DNA from: Candidatus Cloacimonadales bacterium
Lineage (GTDB): Bacteria; Cloacimonadota; Cloacimonadia; Cloacimonadales; JAFGVF01
DNA length: 64,000 bases
Assembly: GCA_963662585.1 (NCBI GenBank)
Contig: OY759729.1
Coordinates: 960,001 to 1,024,000, forward strand
Direction: 5' to 3'
Position numbers and translations under genes: made by a program. The notes beneath the pieces were generated by a model. That model searched no databases, was not told the origin of the DNA, and saw only the letters and a list, made by a program, of their open reading frames with translations. Shown here in pieces: positions 49,721-60,610 of the stretch. Each line of letters starts with the position of its first letter. The stretch's first letter is position 1.

Positions 49721-51723
49721 ACAATGAAGAACAAAATGACCAAAAAGATATAAAAAATCAAAATGACCCCAAAAAGGATAAGTTACCAAACCCTCTAAAA
49801 AATCCTAGTAGCAATAAATATTCACTTATTATTGTTATTGTTTTAGCAACTATTCTTATCTATGCTCTATTACAAGATAACAAACAGCAAAAAGAGGTAG
49901 ATAATAAAGAGTTTTGGGATGCCCTAAATAGCAATACTATTACTGAAGTTGTTATTGAAGGTGATGTACTTAATTACAAAGTAGATAATCAATCCTATTT
50001 TACTCGTTGGTCTCAATATGATTTTGATTTTAAACAAGAACTAATAGAAAAAACAAATGGATCTGTGAAAGAGAAAGTTCCTTCAAGATGGGAATCTATT
50101 CTTGTTTCATGGTTACCATTTTTATTAATGATTCTCTTCTTCTGGTTCTTTATGTTTAGAAATGTGAATAAAGGACAGAATTCCGCCTTCTCTTTTGGAA
50201 AGAGTAAAGCAAAAAGATTTGATGGCACAAAAACAAAAGTTAAATTTGACGATGTAGCTGGTGTTGATGAAGCTAAAGAAGAATTAACAGAAATAGTTGA
50301 ATACCTAAAAAACCCTAAGAAGTTTGAAATGCTAGGTGGAAGAATACCTAAAGGTGTTCTTTTAGTAGGCCGTCCAGGTACAGGTAAAACACTTTTAGCT
50401 AAAGCTGTAGCCGGAGAAGCTAATGTTCCTTTCTTTAGTGTAAGTGGTTCTGATTTCGTAGAAATGTTTGTAGGTGTTGGTGCCTCAAGAGTTCGTGATT
50501 TATTCGCCCAAGCTAAGAAAAACTCCCCAGCAATTGCCTTTATAGATGAGTTAGATGCTGTGGGAAGACATAGAGGATCTGGTGTTGGTGGTGGACACGA
50601 TGAGCGTGAACAGACCTTAAACCAACTTCTTGTTGAAATGGATGGTTTTGAAATGAATGATTCTGTAATTATTATTGCAGCAACCAACCGTCCTGATGTT
50701 CTTGACCCTGCTTTACTTAGACCTGGCAGATTTGATAGACAAGTTATTGTAGATTTACCAGATATCAATGGTAGAACTAAAATTCTCCAAGTACACTCTC
50801 GTAAAGTACCTCTTTCACCAGAAGTTAACCTAAAAATTATTGCTCGAGCAACTCCTGGCTTTAGTGGAGCGGAATTAGCCAACTTAGTTAATGAAGCTGC
50901 CTTAATCGCAGCTCGTGGCACCAAGAAATTCATTGAAATGGATGACTTTGAAGAAGCTAAAGATAAATTAACCCTAGGGAAGCAAAAAAAGAGCAAAATA
51001 GTCTCAGCTGAAGAAAGAAACATAACCTCTTATCATGAAATTGGACATGTAGTGTGTGCTCTTTTCGAGAAACATGGTTCTCCAGCTCATAAAGTTTCAA
51101 TTATTCCTAGAGGGATGACAGGTGGAGCAACTCACTTCCTGGGTGAAGAGAGATCAAACTACTCTAAGAGTTTCTTAAACTCCATGCTAGTTCATCTTCT
51201 TGGTGGCCGTGCAGCTGAAGAAATAGTATTTAACGAAGTAACAACAGGAGCTTCTAACGATATAGATAGAGCTACTGATATTGTGAAACAAATGGTATGT
51301 AACTGGGGAATGAGTGAAAGAATCGGTCCGCTTGCTGTAATGAAAAAAGAACAAGAAGTGTTCTTAGGAAAGCAAATGGGACAAAAAGAACTCCACAGTG
51401 AAGAAGTTGCCAAGATTGTAGATTCTGAAATTCATTCTTTCATAGATGTAGCTTATAAGAGAGCTAAAGATATTGTTTCTACTCATAGAGACTTGGTAGA
51501 TGCCTTAGCTGTAGAACTCTTAGATAAAGAGACTCTGGGAGCAGAAGAGATTTTTGTTATCGTTCAGAAATTTGTAAGTGGCGAAGAGCTAGCTTTTGTC
51601 CAAGAGAAAAATACAAAAGCCAAGCAATTGAGCTTTGATTTACTTCATGAAGATGATACAGAACTTTCTTCCAAGGAAAGTGATGAAGCTTTAAAAGAAG
51701 AGAAAAACAATAAAATTAGTTGA
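49717..51723 (+). CDS. ftsH: ATP-dependent zinc metalloprotease FtsH
   Basis: Two TM segments, [29 protein letters not shown]. Confidence 0.97.
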   Translation: MNNEEQNDQKDIKNQNDPKKDKLPNPLKNPSSNKYSLIIVIVLATILIYALLQDNKQQKEVDNKEFWDALNSNTITEVVIEGDVLNYKVDNQSYFTRWSQYDFDFKQELIEKTNGSVKEKVPSRWESILVSWLPFLLMILFFWFFMFRNVNKGQNSAFSFGKSKAKRFDGTKTKVKFDDVAGVDEAKEELTEIVEYLKNPKKFEMLGGRIPKGVLLVGRPGTGKTLLAKAVAGEANVPFFSVSGSDFVEMFVGVGASRVRDLFAQAKKNSPAIAFIDELDAVGRHRGSGVGGGHDEREQTLNQLLVEMDGFEMNDSVIIIAATNRPDVLDPALLRPGRFDRQVIVDLPDINGRTKILQVHSRKVPLSPEVNLKIIARATPGFSGAELANLVNEAALIAARGTKKFIEMDDFEEAKDKLTLGKQKKSKIVSAEERNITSYHEIGHVVCALFEKHGSPAHKVSIIPRGMTGGATHFLGEERSNYSKSFLNSMLVHLLGGRAAEEIVFNEVTTGASNDIDRATDIVKQMVCNWGMSERIGPLAVMKKEQEVFLGKQMGQKELHSEEVAKIVDSEIHSFIDVAYKRAKDIVSTHRDLVDALAVELLDKETLGAEEIFVIVQKFVSGEELAFVQEKNTKAKQLSFDLLHEDDTELSSKESDEALKEEKNNKIS

Positions 51724-51740
51724 TAAATATATATTATAAG

Positions 51741-51780
51741 AATGGGTAATTTTCAAGAGTTACCCATTTCTTCTTATTTT
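51741..51780 (+). terminator. Intrinsic terminator after ftsH
   Basis: aatgggtaat/gttacccatt stem plus T-rich tail. Confidence 0.65.
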
Positions 51781-51799
51781 AGAACATTGAAGAGGTAAA

Positions 51800-52336
51800 A
51801 TGGAACAATTTCACGGAACCACTATTTTGGGTATATTAAAAGATGGAAATTTAGTAATTGGTGGTGATGGACAAGTAACTTTGGGTCATACTGTAATAAA
51901 AGATACAGCAAGGAAAATTAGACATCTTTATAATGGTGAAGTTATTGCCGGATTTGCAGGAGCAACTGCAGATGCCTTTACCCTATTCGAGCGTTTCGAT
52001 GCTAAGTTAAAAGAGTCAAAAGGTAATCTTCGCAAGGCTGCTGTAGAGTTAGCTAAGGATTGGCGTTCAGATAGAATTTTAAGAAAACTAGAAGCAATGA
52101 TTATAGCTGGGTCAAAAGATGCAATTTTGATAATTACTGGTGTTGGTGATGTTTTAGAACCTAATAACAACATCTGTGCTATTGGTTCAGGTGGCAACTA
52201 TGCCTTAGCTTCTGCCCGAGCATTAGCAGAAAATAGCACTTTATCAACTCGAGAAGTAGTAGAGACCTCACTTCATATAGCTGCTGATATTTGTATTTAT
52301 ACAAACCATAATCTTGTTATCGAAGAATTAAAATAG
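51800..52336 (+). CDS. hslV: ATP-dependent protease peptidase subunit
   Basis: TTIL, GDGQVT, AGFAG, ELAKDWR, IGSGG, ICIYTN. Confidence 0.97.
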   Translation: MEQFHGTTILGILKDGNLVIGGDGQVTLGHTVIKDTARKIRHLYNGEVIAGFAGATADAFTLFERFDAKLKESKGNLRKAAVELAKDWRSDRILRKLEAMIIAGSKDAILIITGVGDVLEPNNNICAIGSGGNYALASARALAENSTLSTREVVETSLHIAADICIYTNHNLVIEELK

Positions 52337-52347
52337 GAATATTAATT

Positions 52348-53718
52348 ATGATAGATCATACCGAATTAACCCCTAAAAGAATTGTTGAAGAGTTAGATAA
52401 ATATATTATAGGGCAAGATGAAGCAAAGAAATCAGTTGCTATTGCCTTAAGAAATAGATGGAGAAGACAGAGAGTAGAACCTGAGCTTCAAAATGAAATA
52501 GTTCCTAATAATATTATTATGATAGGTCCTACAGGAGTTGGTAAAACTGAAATTGCTAGACGCTTATCCAAGTTAGCCAATGCTCCTTTCATCAAAGTAG
52601 AAGCTTCTAAATTTACCGAAGTAGGATATGTAGGCAGAGATGTAGAATCAATGGTTAGAGAGTTAATGGCCTTAGCGATTAACCAGGTTAATGCCCAGAT
52701 GTTAGAAGATGTTCAAATTGATGCTGAGAAGAAAGCTCGCGAGATTGTTCTTAACAAACTCATCTCCCCTATTGGCTCTAAAGATATTGATGAAACTGAA
52801 GATAATTATCAAGAGAGACTTGATAGATATAATCGCTCCCGAGCTAAAATGGAATCTATGCTAGATGAAGGGAAATTAGACGAACGCAAGATAGATATTG
52901 AAGTTAATGATATGCCTAAAAGACCTCAAGTTGAAGTATTCTCTAATAGTGGCATGGAGATGATTGATTCAGACTTGCAAGAAATGCTGAGCAATTTGAT
53001 GAGTAAAGGTAGTAAACGAAAGAAGAGATCTTTCTTTGTTAAAGAAGCACTTAGCTACTTCCAAGAGATTGAAGCCCAGAAATTAGTAAAAAAAGAAAGT
53101 GTTGTAGAAATAGCTAAAGATTTAGTAGAAAATCAAGGCATAATCTTTATTGATGAGATAGACAAAATTGCTTCTACTGATAAGAAATCAAGTGCTGATG
53201 TTTCTCGTTCAGGGGTTCAAAGAGATCTCTTACCTATTGTGGAAGGTTCTAATGTCCCAACCAAACATGGAATTATTAAGACAGACCATATTCTCTTTAT
53301 CGCTGCTGGTGCTTTCCATGTAGCTAAACCATCAGATTTGATTCCTGAACTTCAAGGAAGATTCCCAATTAGAGTTGAACTAAATAGCTTAACTGCTTCT
53401 GATTTTGAGAAGATATTAACCTTCCCAGAGAATTCTCTAACTAAACAATATATAGCTCTTTTCCAAACTGAAAAAGTCAAACTTTCCTTTACCAAAAAGG
53501 CTATAAAATCCATAGCTTATTACGCCTATAAAGCTAATGAGAAAATGGAAGATATAGGTGCAAGAAGACTTCATACTATCCTCAATAAACTTATGGAAAC
53601 TTATCTTTTTGAAATGCCTACTAAGAAATATAAAACTGTTAAAATTGATGAAGATTTTGTCACATCTATCATTAGTGATGTTGTAGATAATGAAGATCTT
53701 TCTCGCTATATTCTTTAA
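52348..53718 (+). CDS. hslU: ATP-dependent protease ATPase subunit
   Basis: GPTGVGKTEIARR, EVGYVGRD, FIDEIDKI, PELQGRFP, GARRL. Confidence 0.97.
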   Translation: MIDHTELTPKRIVEELDKYIIGQDEAKKSVAIALRNRWRRQRVEPELQNEIVPNNIIMIGPTGVGKTEIARRLSKLANAPFIKVEASKFTEVGYVGRDVESMVRELMALAINQVNAQMLEDVQIDAEKKAREIVLNKLISPIGSKDIDETEDNYQERLDRYNRSRAKMESMLDEGKLDERKIDIEVNDMPKRPQVEVFSNSGMEMIDSDLQEMLSNLMSKGSKRKKRSFFVKEALSYFQEIEAQKLVKKESVVEIAKDLVENQGIIFIDEIDKIASTDKKSSADVSRSGVQRDLLPIVEGSNVPTKHGIIKTDHILFIAAGAFHVAKPSDLIPELQGRFPIRVELNSLTASDFEKILTFPENSLTKQYIALFQTEKVKLSFTKKAIKSIAYYAYKANEKMEDIGARRLHTILNKLMETYLFEMPTKKYKTVKIDEDFVTSIISDVVDNEDLSRYIL

Positions 53719-53753
53719 TCAATTATGCAAATAAATTTTAAAGTGAGTTAATA

Positions 53754-54209
53754 ATGCTTAAAAGAAGCTTCTTACTAATGTTAATTCTAGGATTTTCGAT
53801 TTCCCTCTTCTCCTATGATACAGGGAAATCCCCTTCTAAAGCTGCATTTTACTCCTTTATTGTGCCCGGTGGAGGCCAATACTACAATGAATCCCCGTGG
53901 AAATCTGTCTTATGGGGAGGTTCAGAAGTCGGCTTTATAGCACTTACCACCTATCACCATAGTAAATTTAAGGACTACAAAGACAAGAGAGCCAAGGCGA
54001 CTACTACAGAAGAGTGGAATAAATGGGATAGAAAAGCTGGCGACCAACTCCATAAACGCAATAATGGTTTCTGGTGGCTTGGTTCAACCATAATTCTCTC
54101 TATGATGGATGCTTTCGTTGATGCTGCTCTATTTGATTACGATGAAGAAGAGAAAAAACTCAATCTCCAGTTTACCTATAACTACTTGGGCCTACAATTT
54201 AAATTCTAA
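53754..54209 (+). CDS. Membrane/exported protein, DUF5683-like
   Basis: Signal peptide, KAAFYSFIVPGGGQYYN, DAFVDA. Confidence 0.6.
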   Translation: MLKRSFLLMLILGFSISLFSYDTGKSPSKAAFYSFIVPGGGQYYNESPWKSVLWGGSEVGFIALTTYHHSKFKDYKDKRAKATTTEEWNKWDRKAGDQLHKRNNGFWWLGSTIILSMMDAFVDAALFDYDEEEKKLNLQFTYNYLGLQFKF

Positions 54210-54330
54210 GCTCGCCTTTAATTATCCCCATTACCTATACTATTTTAAAGAACTTTTAAATACTAAATATAACTTATTTTATTAAATTATTGACAAATCC
54301 CATAATCTATAAAAAAATGATAATAAGTAA

Positions 54331-54894
<564 letters not shown>

Positions 54895-54899
54895 ATTCA

Positions 54900-55706
54900 A
54901 TGTCATTTTGGGAAAAATATAAAAATATAATTAAGAGTAATAACTCTTATGTCTGTGTTGGTTTAGATAGTGAATTATGTAAATTACCTACTCATCTTTT
55001 AGAGAGTGAAGACCCAATATTCGAATTTAATAAAGCAATAATTGATGCAACCAAGGATTTAGTTGCTTGCTATAAACCTAATTTCGCCTTTTACCTTTCA
55101 CAAGGACTAAAATCACTTGCTTCACTAGAAAAAACCATAGCCTACATACCAGACCATATTCCTGTTATCCTAGATGTTAAAACAGGCGATATAGGTAATA
55201 CTATGTCTAATTATGCTAAGGCTTTTTTTACTGACTGGAAAGTAGATGCAATCACTTGCAATCCTTTAATGGGAAATGATGTTATGAAAGCCCTTATGCC
55301 TTTTGAGGATAACTTCTCTTTCCTATTAGCTCTTACTTCTAATCCTTCAGCTACTGATTATCTGAAGCCAAATACTTTATATAAAAGAATCTCAACAGAT
55401 ATATCTAACTTACCAAATACTCAGTTTGGTGCTGTTGTTGGAGCAACAAATTCTCAAGAACTTAATGAACTAAGAAAATTAATGCCTGAAAGCCTCTTTT
55501 TAGTACCTGGAATAGGTGCTCAAGGTGGTTCTCTTAAGGATGTAGTGACAAATACACTATATTCACAAGAAGATGCTCGTTTCCTAATTAATTCTTCAAG
55601 AGGGATTATATTTGCAGATTCTTCCTTAAACTTTGCTCAAGTAGCTCGTGAAAAAACAGAATTATTAAAGAATGAAATAAATAATATTATCTTAGAAATG
55701 AACTAA
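54900..55706 (+). CDS. pyrF: Orotidine-5'-phosphate decarboxylase
   Basis: CVGLD, KPNFAFY, DVKTGDIGNT, GAVVGAT, LVPGIGAQGG, NSSRGI. Confidence 0.95.
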   Translation: MSFWEKYKNIIKSNNSYVCVGLDSELCKLPTHLLESEDPIFEFNKAIIDATKDLVACYKPNFAFYLSQGLKSLASLEKTIAYIPDHIPVILDVKTGDIGNTMSNYAKAFFTDWKVDAITCNPLMGNDVMKALMPFEDNFSFLLALTSNPSATDYLKPNTLYKRISTDISNLPNTQFGAVVGATNSQELNELRKLMPESLFLVPGIGAQGGSLKDVVTNTLYSQEDARFLINSSRGIIFADSSLNFAQVAREKTELLKNEINNIILEMN

Positions 55707-55725
55707 TTTAAGGATAAAGTAAGTT

Positions 55726-56202
55726 ATGAATAATAGACCAAACTGGCAGAAGTATTTTATTGATATGGCATATTTAGTATCATCTCGCTCAACTTGTTTA
55801 AGACGAAAAGTTGGTGCTGTAATTGTTAAAAATAATCAAGTATTATCTACTGGTTATAATGGAGCTCCTAAAAGTGTTCCTCACTGTTCAATTACAGGTT
55901 GTTTACGAGAACAGATGAATGTTCCATCAGGTGAAAGACATGAACTCTGTAGGGGTGTTCATGCAGAACAAAATGCTATAATTCAAGCTGCAGTAAATGG
56001 CACATCCATCCAAAATGGTGAGCTTTATTGCACTACTCAACCATGTATTATTTGCGCCAAAATGATTATTAACTCTGAAATAAAAAGAGTTTTTGTCGCT
56101 GAAAGCTATAATGATACAATGTCTTTAGAAATGCTTACCCAAGCAAATGTTGAACTAATTAAAGTTAACAGAGAAACAGGGCAACTAACAAAATTAAATT
56201 GA
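55726..56202 (+). CDS. dCMP deaminase (ComEB-like)
   Basis: RSTCLRR, GYNG, HAEQNA, PCIIC. Confidence 0.9.
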   Translation: MNNRPNWQKYFIDMAYLVSSRSTCLRRKVGAVIVKNNQVLSTGYNGAPKSVPHCSITGCLREQMNVPSGERHELCRGVHAEQNAIIQAAVNGTSIQNGELYCTTQPCIICAKMIINSEIKRVFVAESYNDTMSLEMLTQANVELIKVNRETGQLTKLN

Positions 56203-56210
56203 GGTTTTCT

Positions 56211-57446
56211 ATGAAAAGAGCTATCCTATTATTACTAACATTATCTATATCTATAATTTCGGCTAGAACACTAACCTTGGATGAAGCTGTTAATACTGCT
56301 TTAAATAATTCCAACGAAAGTAAGCAAAACGAAATTAACTTGAAGAAAGTTAATTCCAGCTATAAATCTACTCTGTGGGATATAGCTCCAGATGGCTCAA
56401 TAAGTTATAACTGGTCTCATTCTAATAGTAATATATCAAAAAGTGCAGGACTATCTATTAGTAAGAGTATTCAATCTACTCTACCTGATTACTTTAACTG
56501 GAAATCAGCCAAGCATAATATTAATATCACTAATATTAATTCTGACAAAACAAGAAAGTCTATTGCTTGGAATGTTTTAAATTCTTATGTTGATCTTCTC
56601 TTGAATCAAAAGAAATTAGAAGTATATTCTAAGAATTACCAAGTTCAATTAGATATTTTGCAAGAGACTAAGCTTCTTAAAGACCAAGGTAGAAAAACAA
56701 CTTATGAGTATAATCAAGTTGAGATTAACGCATTAAATAGTCAATTAACCCTTATTGATGCCCAAAAAAATATCAGTAAAAAGATGAGAAGTCTTCTTTT
56801 ATTACTCAATATTGAAGCTGATACTCTCTCACTTGAGGATATAGAATTAGATATTAAACCAGAATATGAGTTTAACATTGAACAAGAAAAATCTTTATCT
56901 ATCATCATTAGTGAGCTAAACATTGAGCACAAGAAGCTTTTATTACAAGAAGATAGATTGAGATTTCTTCCTAACCTAACAGCATCTTGGTCATATTACT
57001 CTAACTCTGTAAATAATGAACCTTTTAAATTTGATAATTATAATAAAGGCAATACTTGGAGTCTATCTTTAAGTTACCCTCTCTTGAACTTCTTTAAACA
57101 GAAAGAAGTACATTTTAGGAATAAAGAAGAATTAATATCTTCCCAGATAAGTTTGGATCAACAAATAGAAGAGTTTAAAACAGATTATCAAAACTTGGTT
57201 TCAGATTTAGAGAATCTCTTTGTTAGAAAAAATATTAATGATAGAATTTTAGAACAATCTCAACAGAATTTCGAAATAGCTAAAACAAATTTCAATATCG
57301 GAATTATAAAATCAATTGAATTGGAACAATCTAAAACTGATTTAAGAGAAGCTGAATTGAACAACTTAGATATAGATTATCAAATATATCTACAAGAACA
57401 AGCAATAAATCATCTTTTATCAAAAAAGATTGCTAACAAATGGTAG
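56211..57446 (+). CDS. TolC family outer membrane protein
   Basis: Signal peptide, LTLDEAVNTALNNS, FLPNL, LSLSYPL, coiled coils; ATG 56211 with gagg RBS. Confidence 0.8.
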   Translation: MKRAILLLLTLSISIISARTLTLDEAVNTALNNSNESKQNEINLKKVNSSYKSTLWDIAPDGSISYNWSHSNSNISKSAGLSISKSIQSTLPDYFNWKSAKHNINITNINSDKTRKSIAWNVLNSYVDLLLNQKKLEVYSKNYQVQLDILQETKLLKDQGRKTTYEYNQVEINALNSQLTLIDAQKNISKKMRSLLLLLNIEADTLSLEDIELDIKPEYEFNIEQEKSLSIIISELNIEHKKLLLQEDRLRFLPNLTASWSYYSNSVNNEPFKFDNYNKGNTWSLSLSYPLLNFFKQKEVHFRNKEELISSQISLDQQIEEFKTDYQNLVSDLENLFVRKNINDRILEQSQQNFEIAKTNFNIGIIKSIELEQSKTDLREAELNNLDIDYQIYLQEQAINHLLSKKIANKW

Positions 57447-57452
57447 GGCATA

Positions 57453-58571
57453 ATGAAGAAAGTATTTAAAGTTATTATTATATTAGTAGTTATTCTTTCA
57501 GTAGGTTATTTTGGATTTAAGTATTTAACTAAAAAGAATATTAAGGAAAAAGAGAAAACACTATTTGAGCTTAAAACAGCCAAAGTAGAATTAGGCGAAA
57601 TTGCTACTCAAATTGATATTACAGGTGAAATTGAACCTGAGACAATTGTGGAAATAAAATCTAAAGTTTCAGGTAAAATCATTAAGTTTTCCAAGAACAT
57701 TAATGATTTTGTTAAAACTGGAGATTTGATTGCTACAATAGAAATAGACTATCAACAAGCTAATACAATTACTAATACCAGATCTAATTTAGATTTGGCT
57801 GATATTAGATATAAATGGGCAAAAAGAGACCTTGATGATATTAAAACTCAATATGAAGCAGGTTTTGAAACTAAATATAATTATGATACTGCTGAAAAGA
57901 ATTTAGAGCAAGCAGAATTGAATTATAATATTGCCTTAGAACAGTATAAACAAGTTGAAGAAATTGATACTAAAGGAGAAGAATCAAAAATCTATGCTTC
58001 TGTTAGCGGTACTGTTATTACTCGTACCGTAGAAGAAGGAGAAATGATCTCTTCTATAGGTCTAGGTAATTCAGATGGTACAGCAATTATGCAAATCGCA
58101 GACCTTTCTCAAATGATAGTTAAATCTAATATTAATGAAATAGATATTAACAAATATAAAGAGGGACAGACTGCTACTATAACAGTACCGGCCAACCCTG
58201 AACATACATATAATGGGATTATTACCCAAGTAGCTGTAATGGCTCAAAGCGTGAACAATGTTAAAGTTTTCCCTATTGAGATTGAACTTATCGATGTTGA
58301 TGAATTTGTGAAACCTGGTATGACTGCCGAAATCACTATTAAAGGCCAATCTAAAAGTGATATTCCTATCATACCTATTACTGCTCTTTTCAGTAACGAA
58401 AAAGGTGAGGATGTAGTATATACAGTTGAAAATAATACAATTAAAGAGACCAAAGTAATCGTTACAGGAATCAACAATCTAACCCATGTTGAAGTTTTGA
58501 GCGGTATTGAGGTTGGAGAGGAAGTCTCTTTAGTACCACCTTCCTTACTAATGAATGGAGAGATGAATTAA
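57453..58571 (+). CDS. Efflux periplasmic adaptor (MacA/HlyD-like)
   Basis: N-terminal TM, IKSKVSGKI, coiled hairpin, IYASVSGTV, INEIDI, VKPGMTA, VEVLSG. Confidence 0.85.
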   Translation: MKKVFKVIIILVVILSVGYFGFKYLTKKNIKEKEKTLFELKTAKVELGEIATQIDITGEIEPETIVEIKSKVSGKIIKFSKNINDFVKTGDLIATIEIDYQQANTITNTRSNLDLADIRYKWAKRDLDDIKTQYEAGFETKYNYDTAEKNLEQAELNYNIALEQYKQVEEIDTKGEESKIYASVSGTVITRTVEEGEMISSIGLGNSDGTAIMQIADLSQMIVKSNINEIDINKYKEGQTATITVPANPEHTYNGIITQVAVMAQSVNNVKVFPIEIELIDVDEFVKPGMTAEITIKGQSKSDIPIIPITALFSNEKGEDVVYTVENNTIKETKVIVTGINNLTHVEVLSGIEVGEEVSLVPPSLLMNGEMN

Positions 58572-58572
58572 T

Positions 58573-59244
58573 ATGGATGATAAGAAGAAAAGAATAATAT
58601 ATCTTATTTTAGTATTCATTCTAGCCCTTGCTTTTATTACCCTCTATTTGCTTGATAATAATATGACAAAAAGCGAGGGAAAAGATGCTTTTTCTGTTGT
58701 GTATGAGACAATAGAACCTGCTCTTAACAATGAAGTTAATGACGATACTAATACTACTAATCCAGAAAAGAGTGAAACAACTCTTAATTATGAGAAAGTT
58801 CAGATTATCAATTGGGATATAAGTAGTATTGATTCACTTCAGATTTTTAGCCAAAGAAAAGATTTTACTCTCATTAATCATGATGAGGACAGATGGTCAA
58901 TAAGATCTGTTAGATTAGATGAGAAAATACCTAAGGCTAATCGTGCGAAATGGAGAATCTTAAATATCTTCACCCACCTAATAACTAACAATTATTTAAC
59001 AAAAGATTATTCCGAATTGGCAAAATACTTTGAATACCCGATCTGTACAGTCCTATCTAACTTTAAAGATGGAACTCAGCAGAAATTAGTTTTTATCAGA
59101 ATAGCTGAAGTGAATGACTCCAGCCAGGAAGTCGAAATGAAAACATGGATTAGAGTAAATGATGAAACTGTTGTTTATTCAGTTACTTACAACACTCTAG
59201 AAAGATTTCTCGTCCAAGAGAAAGAGTTTCTTAAAATTTATTAA
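58573..59244 (+). CDS. Membrane-anchored hypothetical protein (possibly DUF4340-like)
   Basis: N-terminal TM helix; weak resemblance only. Confidence 0.5.
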   Translation: MDDKKKRIIYLILVFILALAFITLYLLDNNMTKSEGKDAFSVVYETIEPALNNEVNDDTNTTNPEKSETTLNYEKVQIINWDISSIDSLQIFSQRKDFTLINHDEDRWSIRSVRLDEKIPKANRAKWRILNIFTHLITNNYLTKDYSELAKYFEYPICTVLSNFKDGTQQKLVFIRIAEVNDSSQEVEMKTWIRVNDETVVYSVTYNTLERFLVQEKEFLKIY

Positions 59245-59265
59245 TATTATTGGAGGATATAGAAA

Positions 59266-60411
59266 ATGGATTATTTCCTAACTGAAGATCAATTAGAAAT
59301 GAAAGAAATTGCAAGAAGAATTGCCCAAGAAAAGATAAAACCTTTATCAGAAGAGTACGATGAAAAGGGTATTTTCCCTTGGGATATCGTAGAAATTATG
59401 GCTCAGAGTGACCTATTTGCGGTTCTTGTTCCAGAAGAGTATGATGGAATCAGTGGTAAAGTGTTAGACCTATCAATTGTTACTGAAGAGCTTTCAAAAG
59501 TTGATACAGGTATTGCTTTAGCATTTGGTGCTACAGGTTTAGGATTATATCCTATTTTATTATCAGGTTCAGAAGAACAAAAGCAAAAATGGTTACCACA
59601 AATTGCTGCTGGTAAGAGATTAGCTGCTTTTGCCTTAACCGAAGCTAATGCTGGTTCTGATGCAGGAGCTATAGAAACAACAGCGACAGCAGACGGTGAT
59701 CATTATATCCTTAATGGAACAAAACAGTGGATAACAAATGGTGGAGATGCAGAGATTTACACTGTGTTTGCAATGACTAATAAAGCAAAAGGTGCACGCG
59801 GTTGCTCATGTTTTGTAGTAGAAAAGGGAACACCAGGTTTTGAGTTTGGTAAAAAAGAGAATAAGATGGGTATCCGTTCTTCTTCCACTCGCGAATTAAT
59901 CTTTGATAATTGTAGAGTTCCTAAAGAGAATATGATTGGTAAAGAAGGAACTGGTTTTATCACTGCGATGAAAACTTTTGATAAGTCTCGTCCTATGGTA
60001 GGCTCCCAAGCAGTTGGTGTGGCAGCAGGCGCATTAGATATTGCAGCTAAATACTCTAAAGAAAGATACCAATTTGGCAAACCAATCTCTGCCTTCCAAG
60101 GTGTTCAATTTATGTTAGCTGACATGGCTACTCAAGTTGAAGCAGCTCGTGCTTTAGTTTATCAAACAGCTAGAATGATTGATGCAGGTTCTAAGAAATT
60201 TAGTAAAGAGTCTGCTATGTGTAAATATTTTGCTTCAGATGTTGCCATGAAAGTTACAACTGATGCAGTCCAGATTCTTGGTGGATATGGCTATATGAAA
60301 GAATATCCTGTAGAAAAGATGATGCGTGATGCTAAGATTCTTCAAATTTATGAAGGAACAAATCAGATTCAAAGAACAATTGTCGCATCAAATTTATTAA
60401 AAGAGTATTAG
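59266..60411 (+). CDS. Acyl-CoA dehydrogenase (butyryl-CoA dehydrogenase-like)
   Basis: FALTEANAGSD, LNGTKQWITNG, KMGIR, RYQFGKPI, LGGYGY, RDAKILQIYEGT. Confidence 0.93.
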   Translation: MDYFLTEDQLEMKEIARRIAQEKIKPLSEEYDEKGIFPWDIVEIMAQSDLFAVLVPEEYDGISGKVLDLSIVTEELSKVDTGIALAFGATGLGLYPILLSGSEEQKQKWLPQIAAGKRLAAFALTEANAGSDAGAIETTATADGDHYILNGTKQWITNGGDAEIYTVFAMTNKAKGARGCSCFVVEKGTPGFEFGKKENKMGIRSSSTRELIFDNCRVPKENMIGKEGTGFITAMKTFDKSRPMVGSQAVGVAAGALDIAAKYSKERYQFGKPISAFQGVQFMLADMATQVEAARALVYQTARMIDAGSKKFSKESAMCKYFASDVAMKVTTDAVQILGGYGYMKEYPVEKMMRDAKILQIYEGTNQIQRTIVASNLLKEY

Positions 60412-60418
60412 TTTTTTT

Positions 60419-60456
60419 GTATCGGGATAGGATGACCTATTCCGATACCCTTTTTT
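60419..60456 (+). terminator. Intrinsic terminator
   Basis: gtatcgggatagg/cctattccgatac stem plus T6. Confidence 0.85.
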
Positions 60457-60610
60457 GGTTGTAGAGGCAAGTAATTTCTTAATATTAGCATAGATTATGT
60501 AAAAATGCTATATTTCTAAGAAATTTCTTGACTTTATTTCCTTAAAATTAACATAGTTTTTAAATATTATGAGAAAAATAAATAAAATAAACATAAGATG
60601 GAGCTTTTAG

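Noticed and set aside
50013..51023. 336-aa antisense ORF within ftsH
   Set aside because: Shadow of a conserved gene's codon usage; no motif. Same for the other short antisense or nested ORFs in the track.
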